From assembly GCF_006345805.1 (NCBI RefSeq), contig NC_043020.1:6634001-6698000 (forward strand): a DNA stretch of 64,000 bases, given 5' to 3'. Every line of letters starts with the position of its first letter. The first letter of the stretch is position 1. The position numbers and the translations under genes are program-made. Below are positions 63,631 through 64,000 of this stretch, one piece after another. The notes below the pieces were generated by a model, which was not told the DNA's origin, ran no database searches, and saw only the letters and a program-made list of their open reading frames with translations. This stretch comes from Octopus sinensis (taxonomy: Eukaryota).

Positions 63631-64000
63631 ATATATATATGTGTATATATATATATATATGTATATATATATGATATATATATATATGTATATTATATAT
63701 GTATATGTATGTATGGAGCACTATAAAAGAGTGGATATGAAACCGACAAAAAATCAAGCAATTTGGTTGTAGAAAATTGTAGCTTGTATGGTATACAATG
63801 TTATATAAATACACACAAACAGGTATATATATGAGGATAAATAAACCGATGTGTGAGTATATATATCTATCTATACACACACACACACACACACAACACA
63901 TATAATATATATATCTTATATATATACACATATATATATGTATGTATATATGCGTTTGTGTATTTATGTAGATCTATGTAAGTTTGTGTATTATATATTA

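Overview
Repeat-saturated, AT-rich eukaryotic DNA (intron or intergenic) with no recognisable intact host gene. The repeat families, as I recall them, and the microsatellite density point to an octopus or other cephalopod genome; this is inference, not a database match. The window is mostly (i) at least four tRNA-headed SINE families, which I label A, B, D and H, plus a SINE-like tail G, with heads and tails swapped between families; (ii) 5'-truncated LINE remnants of RTE (several families), CR1 and an R4/Dong-like RLE type; (iii) MITEs and Helitron-like elements; (iv) micro- and minisatellites. Almost every ORF in the supplied track is a simple-repeat artefact; the few protein-like ones are LINE ORF2 C-termini. 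Best observations: a structurally complete type I hammerhead ribozyme on the minus strand (39503-39553), with degenerate hammerhead-like motifs nearby and elsewhere; a ~28-copy 56-bp satellite amplified from the last codons of an RTE ORF2 (30790-32375); a 250-bp loopless palindrome built from two mirrored tRNA-like 3' halves (61062-61312); and several nested or inverted SINE arrangements able to form long dsRNA. Two weak minus-strand exon candidates are reported at low confidence. All alignments and folds were done by eye, and boundaries are approximate unless a TSD or TIR is quoted.
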